Positions 37,164-46,642 of a stretch of DNA of 57,181 nucleotides are shown one piece after another (positions within the stretch are counted from its first letter, which is position 1; each line of letters starts with the position of its first letter). Made by a program: the position numbers and the translations under genes. The stretch is from positions 1-57,181 of IMG/VR virus record IMGVR_UViG_3300015360_000051. The stretch is one strand, 5' to 3'. The notes under the pieces were generated by a model, which was not told the origin of the DNA, did not search any database, and worked only from the letters and a program-made list of their open reading frames with translations. The DNA comes from a virus. Its lineage: Duplodnaviria; Caudoviricetes.

Positions 37164-40100
37164 GTGGCTGACCAGAAACCTAAAAAATCTACGGGAATGC
37201 TCATCGATGGCGTTTTCGCATCCGAAGCTATTGACAGCTCAGGCGAAATCGTATCAATAGAAGGCATGGACGTGACCACCATAGAAGAAGGGTGGGGTGT
37301 AGCAAATTATGAACACCTAGACGAAAAAGGTGGCTACGGCAGGGAAATTGTTGGCAAGATAGTAAGTGTCAAGAAAATTTTCACCGAAGGCGATTGCGAA
37401 AACGACCGTCAGAAGGAATACTTCAACAAAATCAAGAAGATTCCTTACCTATATGGCATAGTCAGACTCTATGACGGAGCAGGCCACGAAGGAGCCAAGG
37501 CATTAGCGGCTCAAATCCGAGACGCCGTCGCCAACGACGAGGAAATTATCGTACGATATTCGATTGAGGGGTCGACTACAAAAAAGACCGACAATCGAAT
37601 CGAAGAATCAATCGCAAAAAAAGTTGCGATGACTTTAAGACCATGTAACAAAACCGCTATTTCCGGTCTCATGGACGACCCGAACGCTCCGGACGGGTTC
37701 GACACTGTGCATAAGGCGGAGAGGCAGTTCATCGACCCGGAATTTTCCCCTCTAGGGGCCTCGACCGCGCTGGCATGCAACCCCTGTATGGACCGACAGG
37801 CCGAGGCTCAGATGCGCCTCCTAGGGTCATTCGCGAAGCTCAAGGCTCTCGCCAAGACTACTACCGCCGGGAACTATGACGTTGCCCCTTCTGCTCTTAC
37901 AGGCGGTGCAGCCCTACAGGTCGAAGACCTAGGGAGAACCGTAAGGAACACCGCCAAAGCCGTACTGAGAGACTACGGGTGGGGCACCTTCGATAGAGAT
38001 AAGTTCAAAAAATTTGCGAAATCAAAGTTACCGGAGATGTCCGATGACTTTATCAACCATTTCACTGACGTAGCATCAGATTTTGCCATCCGGAAGGCTA
38101 TCCAGAAGGGCGAGCTGTCGAGGACCTTTGAACCACTTCAGAAAAAACTCGCAACGGAACCTAAAGGCGGTGAGGCAGCCGCAGCACCGGTAGTCGGTAC
38201 TATTAGAGGCAAAAAAATTCGCCCCAATGTCGGGATGGTAGGTTCGTCCTTTGACTCGAAAAAGGGGGTGCTGCATACGGCTATAGGTAGCTTTAAGGCC
38301 TACCTTCCCCATAACGACGGCCCTGACTCCGCCGAAAACTACAATAACATCCTCAAGAGTCCAAAAGTGGAAGACGCTTTAGACCATGCTATGTCGAATT
38401 GGTCAAAGGTTCATCGCCTCAATAAGGCAGGCAAGTTACCACCCGAAGTATTGATGCACGCCGTCATGTTTTCCCAACTGTCTCCCAACAGGGCGGTACC
38501 GGTTCAGGAAATACAGTTTGCTCGAATGGTTGACGCGATGAAGGCATCTGGCCTAGACCCGCGCAAAAAGGGTTTCGAGGCAATCCTACCCAAAATGCGG
38601 GAACTCGACCATCCTACCAACGCCCCCGACACCGGGAGGGAGGCCATCGAATCGAACCTCGCCTACTATATCGGCGGCAAAAAAGGCGTCGAATATGGCA
38701 CTAGCGGCGAAAAGCTAGGACTTAGGTCCAAGACGAATAGATATCCGGGAGAGTTACATTCAGTCGAATCGTTAATCGGCACAAGCATCTCAAACATGTC
38801 TAAATATCATGGACTCCACGACGGTCTAGTAGATATCCTCCACAGACACCGTACTGACTCGGTAGGGGCGGTCGGAGAGCTGCTGGAAAATAAGAGACTA
38901 TCCAGAAACTGGTTGATGACGAATAAAAAAAATGGAGGTGACCCATCGGTCAACCCGCATTCGTCTGTTCCTGGGCTAGCCGCCAAAACAGGCCTGTATA
39001 CCTGGGGTATGATTGGTGGCGGCAACTCGGTAGTCCCGGATACGCACTTCATCCGGAACATGTTCGGACTTGACGTAACCAAGGATGCGAAAACGCTTTT
39101 CTATTTGAAAAGTAATATTTTGCAATCTGACGGAATCAAGCCACTGACTGAATACAACCATTGGTTCGCTAAGAATCATCCATCGGTCCAGTACACACTG
39201 AACCACCCCAAATGGGGCAGCACTTTTGAAAAGCCGGAAGACGCCATCTTTCCAGCATTCTGGCGCCATTGGTTAGCTATTGCTCCCCATGAGAAGTCAT
39301 TAGGGATGCGAAGCTACTCTAATCAACAGGGGACAAACCACGCTCCATTTTGGGAGGCTATTGCCCCGCACGTAGACCCGTTGTTGAAGGCCACCGGCCA
39401 AGGAGATTCCTCAATCCCCTTCAGGACCGCCATTCTACATCAACAGTACGTTAAGGACTACGGCGAGGTCCCCGGGATGTTCCTGTACTACCACCATATA
39501 GTACCCAAGCTACTAGAAGCGGCCAAGGTTAGAGAGAGAATTGGCGACGACCTAAAATTTCTCGCCAAGGCTAGTAAAATCGAGGCTGGGCTAGTAAACC
39601 TGCGTAAGGCTATCTCGGATGCTATTGAACCGTGGCAGCCTCCTCAAGTTCACAACGTCGAAATTAGCATCAAGGGCCGGAACCACCCTGCTGGGCGATA
39701 CCTCATCCACAACGGGAGACTCCACCACCTGGAGGATTATCACGGGATTCTGAGTTCCTTCTTGCCCGAAGGCGACCTCGACGTTGAGGCGGTTAGTCGG
39801 CTAAATGGCCTACAGTGGTCATCCAAACTTCATACTACTCCTCATTATCCTGTCATTGCACCACCTCCTCAGGCCGGTCAGGCTCAGGCTCAGGCTCCAT
39901 CGTACCGGGTGTCCTCTCTATCTGCTCAGGAGCCTAGACCTCCATCAGTATTCGAGTACCACCGCGTCGGAATGTCTCAGCCTCATATCGTGGAGGTAGG
40001 CGGAGGCGGAGCATCACTAGATGGTCGGAAAATCTCTGACCCCGAACTCCAGTTGATTTTGAGAAATGCCGAAAACGGTATTGCAAAAATAAAATACAAG

Positions 40101-40817
40101 CAGTCTCCCGCAGGGCTAAAAAAGGCCGACGACGAGACCCCCGTAATGTCTCCCGACGAGGTAATGCAGCATATCCAGGAGGCAGTCGCTCAAGGACATG
40201 TATCCGCAGATGTTGAGCGAGCCTATCGTCAGCATATTTATGGCGACGCGATGGTTTCAGGAGTCGGTAACAAGTACGCCTATACACAATTCCGGAACCA
40301 AAACAAGCCCGGCGTTTGGCTCTCAATGGACGCAAACAGCTTCAAGCACGTCAACGACAGTCACGGACACGAAGCGGGTGACCACGCAATCAAAGCGGTC
40401 GGAGGCGCGATTAAAAATGCAGCGGCAGTGGTCGGGACTGGTAAGGTGTTTCGCCCGGGTGGCGACGAATTCGCCGCCTATTTCCCCTCCCACGAGGAGG
40501 CATCTAGATTCATGAGGCACGCGACTACCCATTTAGACGCCGTACCGCCCGTCGCCGGGACGCACAAACTGTCCATGAGTTTTGGGGTTGGTGCCGATTT
40601 CCCAACTGCTGACAAAGCACTGTTGCTGGCCAAGGAGCAGAAAAAAGACCCTTTGTCGGGCAGGTTGATGTATCATCCTACCAATACTCCCCATCTAGCG
40701 CATAGCCTGATGCCAGGAAATGAAGGACCGGTGGGCCTACACAGTAAGGCGCCGCATCCAGCAACTATCCCGACCGGGGCAGGGGCAGGGGCAGGGGCAC
40801 CGCCCACAAATCCTTGA
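37164..40817 (+). CDS. Prohead protease fused to capsid-N-arm mimic, HhH glycosylase-like domain and GGDEF domain
   Basis: DSSGE, NYEH, YSIEG protease motifs; PGLAAKT...VPDTHFIR; DANSFKHVND.HGHEAGD...RPGGDEF. Confidence 0.88.
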   Translation: MADQKPKKSTGMLIDGVFASEAIDSSGEIVSIEGMDVTTIEEGWGVANYEHLDEKGGYGREIVGKIVSVKKIFTEGDCENDRQKEYFNKIKKIPYLYGIVRLYDGAGHEGAKALAAQIRDAVANDEEIIVRYSIEGSTTKKTDNRIEESIAKKVAMTLRPCNKTAISGLMDDPNAPDGFDTVHKAERQFIDPEFSPLGASTALACNPCMDRQAEAQMRLLGSFAKLKALAKTTTAGNYDVAPSALTGGAALQVEDLGRTVRNTAKAVLRDYGWGTFDRDKFKKFAKSKLPEMSDDFINHFTDVASDFAIRKAIQKGELSRTFEPLQKKLATEPKGGEAAAAPVVGTIRGKKIRPNVGMVGSSFDSKKGVLHTAIGSFKAYLPHNDGPDSAENYNNILKSPKVEDALDHAMSNWSKVHRLNKAGKLPPEVLMHAVMFSQLSPNRAVPVQEIQFARMVDAMKASGLDPRKKGFEAILPKMRELDHPTNAPDTGREAIESNLAYYIGGKKGVEYGTSGEKLGLRSKTNRYPGELHSVESLIGTSISNMSKYHGLHDGLVDILHRHRTDSVGAVGELLENKRLSRNWLMTNKKNGGDPSVNPHSSVPGLAAKTGLYTWGMIGGGNSVVPDTHFIRNMFGLDVTKDAKTLFYLKSNILQSDGIKPLTEYNHWFAKNHPSVQYTLNHPKWGSTFEKPEDAIFPAFWRHWLAIAPHEKSLGMRSYSNQQGTNHAPFWEAIAPHVDPLLKATGQGDSSIPFRTAILHQQYVKDYGEVPGMFLYYHHIVPKLLEAAKVRERIGDDLKFLAKASKIEAGLVNLRKAISDAIEPWQPPQVHNVEISIKGRNHPAGRYLIHNGRLHHLEDYHGILSSFLPEGDLDVEAVSRLNGLQWSSKLHTTPHYPVIAPPPQAGQAQAQAPSYRVSSLSAQEPRPPSVFEYHRVGMSQPHIVEVGGGGASLDGRKISDPELQLILRNAENGIAKIKYKQSPAGLKKADDETPVMSPDEVMQHIQEAVAQGHVSADVERAYRQHIYGDAMVSGVGNKYAYTQFRNQNKPGVWLSMDANSFKHVNDSHGHEAGDHAIKAVGGAIKNAAAVVGTGKVFRPGGDEFAAYFPSHEEASRFMRHATTHLDAVPPVAGTHKLSMSFGVGADFPTADKALLLAKEQKKDPLSGRLMYHPTNTPHLAHSLMPGNEGPVGLHSKAPHPATIPTGAGAGAGAPPTNP

Positions 40818-41415
40818 GCTTGAGGCCCGTATAGGAATTGTCACTGACCTCTGCCTTCAACGCGTTGGAGAAGGCCTTTGCGTTTTCGAGGTCTCGGAAT
40901 CTGTAGCCCATCGCGTAGAACTTCAGGCACCGACTCAACAATCCCTCCGTCGAGGATTTAGAGAAGTTCGACAAGAAATTTAACGTCCTGCTGTTTACGT
41001 CTTCCAGGAAACTCGAATGAGCTAGTACCTGGGGGTGCCCGTATTCCGTGTAAAAGAGTGAAGCGGAACAGTTAGTAAAATCGAACCCGACCCCCTCCGC
41101 GACACTGACTGGGTTGTACCAGCGGAACTTCACCAACTGGATAGGGACCTCCAGCGGTCTGGACCAGATTGGGCAACCCTTCGGCCCGTTTTCTTCGTAT
41201 CCGTTTTTGGTCAGAATACTCTCCGCTTCCTCTACTATTCCCTTGAAATTGTCTTCAAAAAAAATGTCGATATCTGTTGGAGGAACCTTCTCTACGATGG
41301 AGCGGAGATATCCGCCCGATACGTGAATTTTTGAGGACCTGCTCAGAATCGAGCGGACCGGTTCTGGGAGGGCGTGAAAAGCTTCTACGGCGAACTCTGG
41401 CAGTATCTTTGACAT
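40765..41415 (-). CDS. Nucleotidyltransferase, CCA-adding/poly(A) polymerase head-like
   Basis: VSGGYLRS...TDIDIFF...FDFTNC motifs. Confidence 0.8.
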   Translation of the reverse strand: MSKILPEFAVEAFHALPEPVRSILSRSSKIHVSGGYLRSIVEKVPPTDIDIFFEDNFKGIVEEAESILTKNGYEENGPKGCPIWSRPLEVPIQLVKFRWYNPVSVAEGVGFDFTNCSASLFYTEYGHPQVLAHSSFLEDVNSRTLNFLSNFSKSSTEGLLSRCLKFYAMGYRFRDLENAKAFSNALKAEVSDNSYTGLKLKDLWAVPLPLPLPRSG

Positions 41416-41457
41416 GTGCTCTGGACACTATCACGGCATTTTAATAAATGCAAGTGT

Positions 41458-41790
41458 TTATTTAGCCTGGCCGCCACGACAGGCCTTGCAAGTGCTGCTC
41501 CGGCCATAGAAGGAGAGATATAGGGGCAATAACTTGTTGCATTTTTTGCAATGCCGGAGGCCGGAATCGTCATTGCAAAGCTTGCAAATTTTATTGATGT
41601 CTAGTCTGCGGAATTGCTGACAGCAGGCGCATTGCGTTTTGTATTTTTCGGAAAAGTACAACGCGCTTCGACATTTTTTACATCTCGATGTTACTGCCCT
41701 GTTACGGTCATCTGATTTAAATTCGTGAAATGCTTCTCGCCCTAATTCGAGTTGGCATCCGGAGCATTTGTATTTTACGTCGTCAGTCAT
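41458..41790 (-). CDS. Multi-CxxC zinc-finger protein
   Basis: Six CxxC-type motifs; ATG 41790 preceded by CAATCTT. Confidence 0.7.
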   Translation of the reverse strand: MTDDVKYKCSGCQLELGREAFHEFKSDDRNRAVTSRCKKCRSALYFSEKYKTQCACCQQFRRLDINKICKLCNDDSGLRHCKKCNKLLPLYLSFYGRSSTCKACRGGQAK

Positions 41791-41930
41791 CAGTTTAAAG
41801 ATTGACGCTCTTTTGTATCGACAGAAAATCAATCTAATAGGAAGTAAATGGGCGCTTTTTTAGTGCTCTTCGCAGCACCTTCAAAAAAAGGACGCTGCCT
41901 CAAAATCAGATAAATGGAGAATTAGAAAAA

Positions 41931-42398
41931 ATGCCAACTACATACAAAGCCATTGCGAGCCTCCGCGAATTGGTAGACCTGCTTAAGAAATCTTGCACCA
42001 CGCTTCCGGTCATCACCGAGTCGTTCGACTCGAACGAAGACCCCGTCGTCACCCTTAGTGCCGATGCTACACCCGCTGCTGGAGAAAAAGTGGTTGTGCT
42101 ACGGATGAAGGCAATCGGCGCAATCGGCGCCAGAGACATTTTTGGTAACGTGGCTCAACAGTTTAGCCACCATGTTATTCAGATTTGTACAGAGGCGAAC
42201 CCGGCCGCTGGCGCAGGGGCAGACATCCTCACTCCCGCTGAAATCCTCCCGATTGTTGTCGAGTGCGGCCGAAAAGGGTCCTTCGTCGAGTGGTATACGA
42301 CGGCTGCTACAGTGATTCCGTCGACTGCGGCGATGGTTGCTGGAAACCTCCGTTCGACCTGGAGAGACCTGTACTGGAACGTCAGCAAGGCTGGTTAA
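41931..42398 (+). CDS. Putative head-associated structural protein
   Basis: GGAG SD; first gene of the scaffold/MCP unit. Confidence 0.65.
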   Translation: MPTTYKAIASLRELVDLLKKSCTTLPVITESFDSNEDPVVTLSADATPAAGEKVVVLRMKAIGAIGARDIFGNVAQQFSHHVIQICTEANPAAGAGADILTPAEILPIVVECGRKGSFVEWYTTAATVIPSTAAMVAGNLRSTWRDLYWNVSKAG

Positions 42399-42435
42399 TC
42401 CTTGGTTTCTCCCTGCAAAGAAAGGTTATGAAACC

Positions 42436-43371
42436 ATGAAAAAATTGTCAAAATCGCAAATCTCAAAGATTTTGGAGGAGGTCACTAATGACGTGGCCGA
42501 ACTTCTGAAATCAGAGGCTGAAGAGGCTGTTGCGCTCAGTAAAGCAGACCCCGGGAAAGAGACGGCTGCTGAAGCTACCCCCTCCGGTAGCTCGACAGAG
42601 GAGTCTTCGGCTCCTCCGCCTGAAATGTCCGCTAGCCCTCCGGCTGGCGAACCTGATGGTGGTGGTCTAGAAGGCGGTCCAGAAGGTAGTCCAGAAGGCA
42701 GTCCAGAAGGTAGTCCAGAAGGTAGTCCAGAAGGCGGTCCAGAAGGCGGTCCAGAAGGCGGTCCAGAAGGTGCAGACGGCGGTCAGGAAATGTCGCCCGA
42801 AGCTCTCCAGGGCGAATATTCGCAACTGCCCATCGAAGAACTCAAGATGCATTTTTTGGCGGCGAAAGCCGCTCTCGAAGCTGCATTGCAGGGTGGTGGT
42901 GGTGGTGCAGGGGCTCCAGAAGCTTCGGCTCCTCCGGGTGCTCCTCCGGGACCTCCGGGTGCTCCTCCGGGTGCTCCTCCGGGTGCTCCTCCGGTTCCAG
43001 GCACGGACAAGCTGGAACTCAAAGAGGTTAAAAACTCTTTGGCGGACCTCAAGAAAAACGTATCAGCTAAGGACGCAGAAATCCTGGAGTTGCGGAACAA
43101 ACTCGACCAGTTAGTTACTGGATTTGAGGGAATTCTGACTCGTCAACAGGTTTTGCGCAAGTCGGCAAGAGATTTGTCCTCATTCGCACCTGCGAATGGT
43201 GATGATACTGTCGTCGACATCTCTAATCTGTCCAAAAAAGAAATCGTAGCGAAGCTTAGTGAGGTCACTGCTTCGACCAACAAACTAACTAAATCAGACC
43301 GTGACCTCATCAACCGCTTCGTGGTATCCGATTCAGTGCCCGCTGAGTCCGTAGCCAAGTTCTGCAAGTAA
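42436..43371 (+). CDS. Probable scaffold protein
   Basis: Acidic Pro/Gly-rich low complexity plus coiled coil, many LxKS/A motifs, directly before MCP. Confidence 0.7.
   Translation: MKKLSKSQISKILEEVTNDVAELLKSEAEEAVALSKADPGKETAAEATPSGSSTEESSAPPPEMSASPPAGEPDGGGLEGGPEGSPEGSPEGSPEGSPEGGPEGGPEGGPEGADGGQEMSPEALQGEYSQLPIEELKMHFLAAKAALEAALQGGGGGAGAPEASAPPGAPPGPPGAPPGAPPGAPPVPGTDKLELKEVKNSLADLKKNVSAKDAEILELRNKLDQLVTGFEGILTRQQVLRKSARDLSSFAPANGDDTVVDISNLSKKEIVAKLSEVTASTNKLTKSDRDLINRFVVSDSVPAESVAKFCK
42669..42770 (+). repeat. 12-bp in-frame tandem repeat (EG[G/S]P)n
   Basis: ccagaaggyrgt about x8; second 12-bp (PPGA)n run at about 42930-42992. Confidence 0.9.
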
Positions 43372-43389
43372 TTTAAAGGAAATAAAAAA

Positions 43390-44787
43390 ATGGAAACAGT
43401 AGATAAAATCAACTCCCTTATCAAGGCGATGGAGGCTGGCAATTACGATGCCGCTCCTTCCACTCTGACCCAGGGTGGAGCCCTCCAAATCGAGGACCTG
43501 AGCCCCGTCATGAACAACGTCACGTTCGAGGAAGCCAGCCTGAAGCTCCAGAAGAAAATGACCGTTAAATCGTGCAAGTCAACCCTCGCACAGTTTGACC
43601 GTCAGCTTTCGTACGGTAACTTCGGGGGGTCGGCCCAGCTCGAAGGTAACGTTGGTCAAGAAGACACGAGTGACTTCGTTCGTTCGACCGTCCCGATGGC
43701 ATTCTACAGCTCGACTCGTCGGGTTACGATTGCGTCGACGATGGTGGCTACGGTCGATGGCATTTCGAGCGACGACCGCGCCGCCGCTGACGCTGCGAAG
43801 AAATTGGCTGGAGACATCGAATTCGACCTCTTTCGCGGGTTGGATGATTTCTCGAACGCTGGTGTATTCGATGGCAATCCTCTCGTTGTTCCAAACCTCC
43901 CGAATATTCACGGTGTGGGCCTGCAAATCCGTCAGTCGGATTTTCAAGTCAATTCGCGTGACCTCATGTTTGCGGAGTATGGTTCGGATGACTCGGTCAT
44001 CATCTCCGGTGGTGGTGTCGCACTGACTCAGGACAAGGTTGAAGACTCGGCCGTTCGTTCGGCCCTGAATTTCGGCACTGCTGAATCGCTTCTGATTGAC
44101 CCGATTTCGTTGTCTGCGTACAACAAAATCTCGTTTGGTAAGGAACGTATCATCCTGGCTGGTTCGCCTCAAGAGGCCACTGGCGCCGAGCTACGGAAAC
44201 AGTGGGTTTCGGTTGGCACTGTCAACGTAGAGTCCAGCAATTTCCTTCGTGGTAAAAGCAAGCCCGCCCGCACTCGACCGAACGGCCCTGCCGCTCCTTC
44301 GATTACTGGCGCTGCTAGCGGTGGTGGTGCGTTGGGTGCCGGTACGTACGTATACTACGTATCGGGCTTCAATGAGGTTGGTGAATCGGCTGGTTCGACT
44401 TCTATCGCGGTCGTCGTCTCTGCTAACGAAAAGGTCACACTCACAATCACGCATAGCGGCGCAGGCACAACTACGAGAGGCTTCAACGTCTATCGTTCGG
44501 GTGCTGGTGGCACGGCTGTGTCAGCTAAGTTCATTGGTCGCGGTACGACCACTGCTAACTCGGCAACCACCGATTTCGTGGACCTTGGCAACAAGGTTCC
44601 CGGATTCGTTACTGGATACCTAATCCAGAAGGACACGATGGAAATGAAGGAGTTGGCCCCGTACAGCCGTCTAAAGCTGGGCGTTGCCGACCTTTCGACT
44701 CCTGAGGCTCACTTCCGCTTTACTTGTCTTGCGATGCTTCAGCCCCGCAAGAACGTAATTTTGGATAACCTGAAGGGGACGTTCTAA
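43390..44787 (+). CDS. Major capsid protein (SPO1/Twort-like, with Ig/FN3-like insertion)
   Basis: LIK|AMEAG...GGALQIEDL N-terminus as in Herelleviridae-type MCPs; TYVYYV...N..GES...FNVYRS...FVD insertion; strong terminator after. Confidence 0.9.
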   Translation: METVDKINSLIKAMEAGNYDAAPSTLTQGGALQIEDLSPVMNNVTFEEASLKLQKKMTVKSCKSTLAQFDRQLSYGNFGGSAQLEGNVGQEDTSDFVRSTVPMAFYSSTRRVTIASTMVATVDGISSDDRAAADAAKKLAGDIEFDLFRGLDDFSNAGVFDGNPLVVPNLPNIHGVGLQIRQSDFQVNSRDLMFAEYGSDDSVIISGGGVALTQDKVEDSAVRSALNFGTAESLLIDPISLSAYNKISFGKERIILAGSPQEATGAELRKQWVSVGTVNVESSNFLRGKSKPARTRPNGPAAPSITGAASGGGALGAGTYVYYVSGFNEVGESAGSTSIAVVVSANEKVTLTITHSGAGTTTRGFNVYRSGAGGTAVSAKFIGRGTTTANSATTDFVDLGNKVPGFVTGYLIQKDTMEMKELAPYSRLKLGVADLSTPEAHFRFTCLAMLQPRKNVILDNLKGTF

Positions 44788-44813
44788 GAGATAAACGCAA
44801 CATACTGTTGTGT

Positions 44814-44858
44814 GAATGGCCCGGTCGCCCTTTTGGATGACCGGGCCATTCTCTTTTT
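44814..44858 (+). terminator. Rho-independent terminator after MCP
   Basis: gaatggcccggtc/gaccgggccattc 13-bp stem plus T tract, between convergent genes. Confidence 0.88.
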
Positions 44859-45153
44859 ATTCGGTTTTGGCTGTTGCGGAATACGAACGATAGCTACGAA
44901 TCACTGAGTAGTGTTGTTCGAGTGACCGGTTTTTTGAATGGACCACCTGATATTCGATGTTACGCGCTTTCAGCGTAGTGAAAAGGGTGGTCACGTCAGA
45001 GTCCTCTTCGAGATAGACCGTCTTCCCCTTGACGTAGGAATAATGGGTGATGGCGTCAGCAATCTCTAACTTGTGTAAGAGAGCGAGCTTGACGGCCAAC
45101 CAGCCGTGGCCTGGGTCAGAATAGAACTTGAACTTGAGAATTTTGTTGTCCAT
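44857..45153 (-). CDS. Small phage hypothetical protein
   Basis: SDPGHGWL...YLEEDSD; leaderless promoter cassette directly upstream. Confidence 0.8.
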   Translation of the reverse strand: MDNKILKFKFYSDPGHGWLAVKLALLHKLEIADAITHYSYVKGKTVYLEEDSDVTTLFTTLKARNIEYQVVHSKNRSLEQHYSVIRSYRSYSATAKTE

Positions 45154-45219
45154 TTATTTAATCTACAGGGAATTGGATTGAATGTCAATCAATTAATTCA
45201 CCTAGACAGTGGTAGGTGA
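45143..45219 (-). promoter_or_regulatory. 77-bp stem-loop + promoter + start-codon cassette, copy 1
   Basis: TCACCTA/TAGGTGA hairpin, TTGACA-17-TAGATT-6-ATGGACAAC; identical to 45839-45915. Confidence 0.85.
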
Positions 45220-45228
45220 TTTGCCCGC

Positions 45229-45522
45229 TCAACGGCGGCTATCGTTCACCCACCACTGCTTTTCCCCACTTGCCCATTCGACGGCGGGCAGGCCACCATC
45301 ACGGTGACGCTGGCCACCCACCCACCATTCCTTGCCGCCGTCTGCGTATTCGACGGCGGGAAGGTCACCATCACGATGGAGAACACCGTCCACCCACCAC
45401 GACCTGTCCCCGTCTGCCCATTCGACGGCAGGCAACCCCCCTTCACGATGTAGGCGTCCCTCTTTGTTACGCCAACGGCTGGTTCCGTCTTGGACTGTCT
45501 TGTTTCCTGTGTTGTTGTCCAT
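45229..45522 (-). CDS. HRDGGLPA repeat protein
   Basis: MDNNTGNKTV start, 3 repeats. Confidence 0.85.
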   Translation of the reverse strand: MDNNTGNKTVQDGTSRWRNKEGRLHREGGLPAVEWADGDRSWWVDGVLHRDGDLPAVEYADGGKEWWVGGQRHRDGGLPAVEWASGEKQWWVNDSRR

Positions 45523-45540
45523 TTTTACTCAACCTGGTGG

Positions 45541-45849
45541 TTATTCGCCGTCCCGGACACGGAGTTTTCCGTACACGTACCACTCCTTGCGCCCGCTTGC
45601 CCACTCGACAGCAGGCAAGCCTCCGTCGCGGTGTTGCTGGCCGTCCACCCACCATTCCTTGCCGCTTGCCCGTTCAACGGCAGGCAACCCTCCACCACGG
45701 TGGAGGCGTCCGTTTACGTACCACTCTTTGGTACCGTCTGCCTGTTCGAGGGCGGGCAATCCACCATCACGGTGGAGAAGACCTTGTTTGTTGAGCCAGA
45801 AGACGGTTCTGTCTGCTTCAACTACTTTTCTTTCTTCGTTGTTGTCCAT
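45541..45849 (-). CDS. HRDGGLPA repeat protein
   Basis: 3 repeats; leaderless promoter. Confidence 0.85.
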   Translation of the reverse strand: MDNNEERKVVEADRTVFWLNKQGLLHRDGGLPALEQADGTKEWYVNGRLHRGGGLPAVERASGKEWWVDGQQHRDGGLPAVEWASGRKEWYVYGKLRVRDGE

Positions 45850-45915
45850 TTATTTAATCTACAGGGAATTGGATTGAATGTCAATCAATTAATTCACCTA
45901 GACAGTGGTAGGTGA
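45839..45915 (-). promoter_or_regulatory. 77-bp stem-loop + promoter cassette, copy 2
   Basis: Identical to 45143-45219. Confidence 0.85.
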
Positions 45916-45918
45916 GTC

Positions 45919-46293
45919 TCATCTACGGTGGTGGACACCGTTTGTCCACCATTCCTTATGACTCGTTATCCGCTCAACGGCAGGCAGGCCGCCACCACGA
46001 TGAAGGCGGTCGTTTATCCACCACTCTTTGGTACCGTCCACTTGCTCAATGGCAGGCAATCCACCGTCACGATGGCGAACACCGTTTGTCCACCACTCCC
46101 TATCTCCGTCTTTCCACTCGATGGCAGGCAAGTCTTTATCTCGATGGAGACTCCCCTTTTTATACCAAAACCTATCCCCATTTACCCACTCGACAGCGGG
46201 CAAGTCTCCTTCGCGATGGATAAGACCTTTTTCGTTATGCCAACGGACAGTTCCGTCTCGGTCGACTGTCTTGTTTCCTGTGTCGTTGTCCAT
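45919..46293 (-). CDS. HRDGGLPA repeat protein
   Basis: MDNDTGNKTV start, 4 repeats; 5' region near-identical to that of 45229-45522. Confidence 0.85.
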   Translation of the reverse strand: MDNDTGNKTVDRDGTVRWHNEKGLIHREGDLPAVEWVNGDRFWYKKGSLHRDKDLPAIEWKDGDREWWTNGVRHRDGGLPAIEQVDGTKEWWINDRLHRGGGLPAVERITSHKEWWTNGVHHRR

Positions 46294-46315
46294 TTTTTAC
46301 TCAACCTGGTGGTTA

Positions 46316-46642
46316 TTATTCTGAACTGGTAAGGTGTCTTCCGTACCTGTACCACTCTTTACGTCCGTCCGCTCGCACAACGGCAGGCAATCCACCATCA
46401 CGATGGCGCTCGTTGTCCACCCACCAGCTCTTGCTCCCGTCTATGTGTTCGACGGCAGGCAAGCCGCCATCGCGGTGTTGCTTCCCATTCGCGTGCCACT
46501 GCTTGCTTCCGTCTCTCCATTCGATGGAAGGGCGACCTCCCTCACTGTGGAGTTTTCCCTCTTCATTAAAATAACGAATATTTCCTTTTTTGTCTACTAC
46601 TTTATTCCTAGAGTCTACTACTTTGCTCCCGATATCATCCAT
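46316..46642 (-). CDS. HRDGGLPA repeat protein
   Basis: MDDI start 6 nt after a -10 box; 3 repeats. Confidence 0.85.
   Translation of the reverse strand: MDDIGSKVVDSRNKVVDKKGNIRYFNEEGKLHSEGGRPSIEWRDGSKQWHANGKQHRDGGLPAVEHIDGSKSWWVDNERHRDGGLPAVVRADGRKEWYRYGRHLTSSE

Noticed and set aside
41848-41915. tRNA or riboswitch in the capsid-operon leader
   Set aside because: Only two short hairpins; no cloverleaf, T-loop or recognisable aptamer
42669-42992. Scaffold and portal tandem repeats as regulatory arrays
   Set aside because: Unit lengths are multiples of 3 and encode low-complexity linkers
44270-44600. Ig/FN3-like insertion in the major capsid protein as a novelty
   Set aside because: A comparable insertion is a known feature of SPO1/Twort-type capsid proteins
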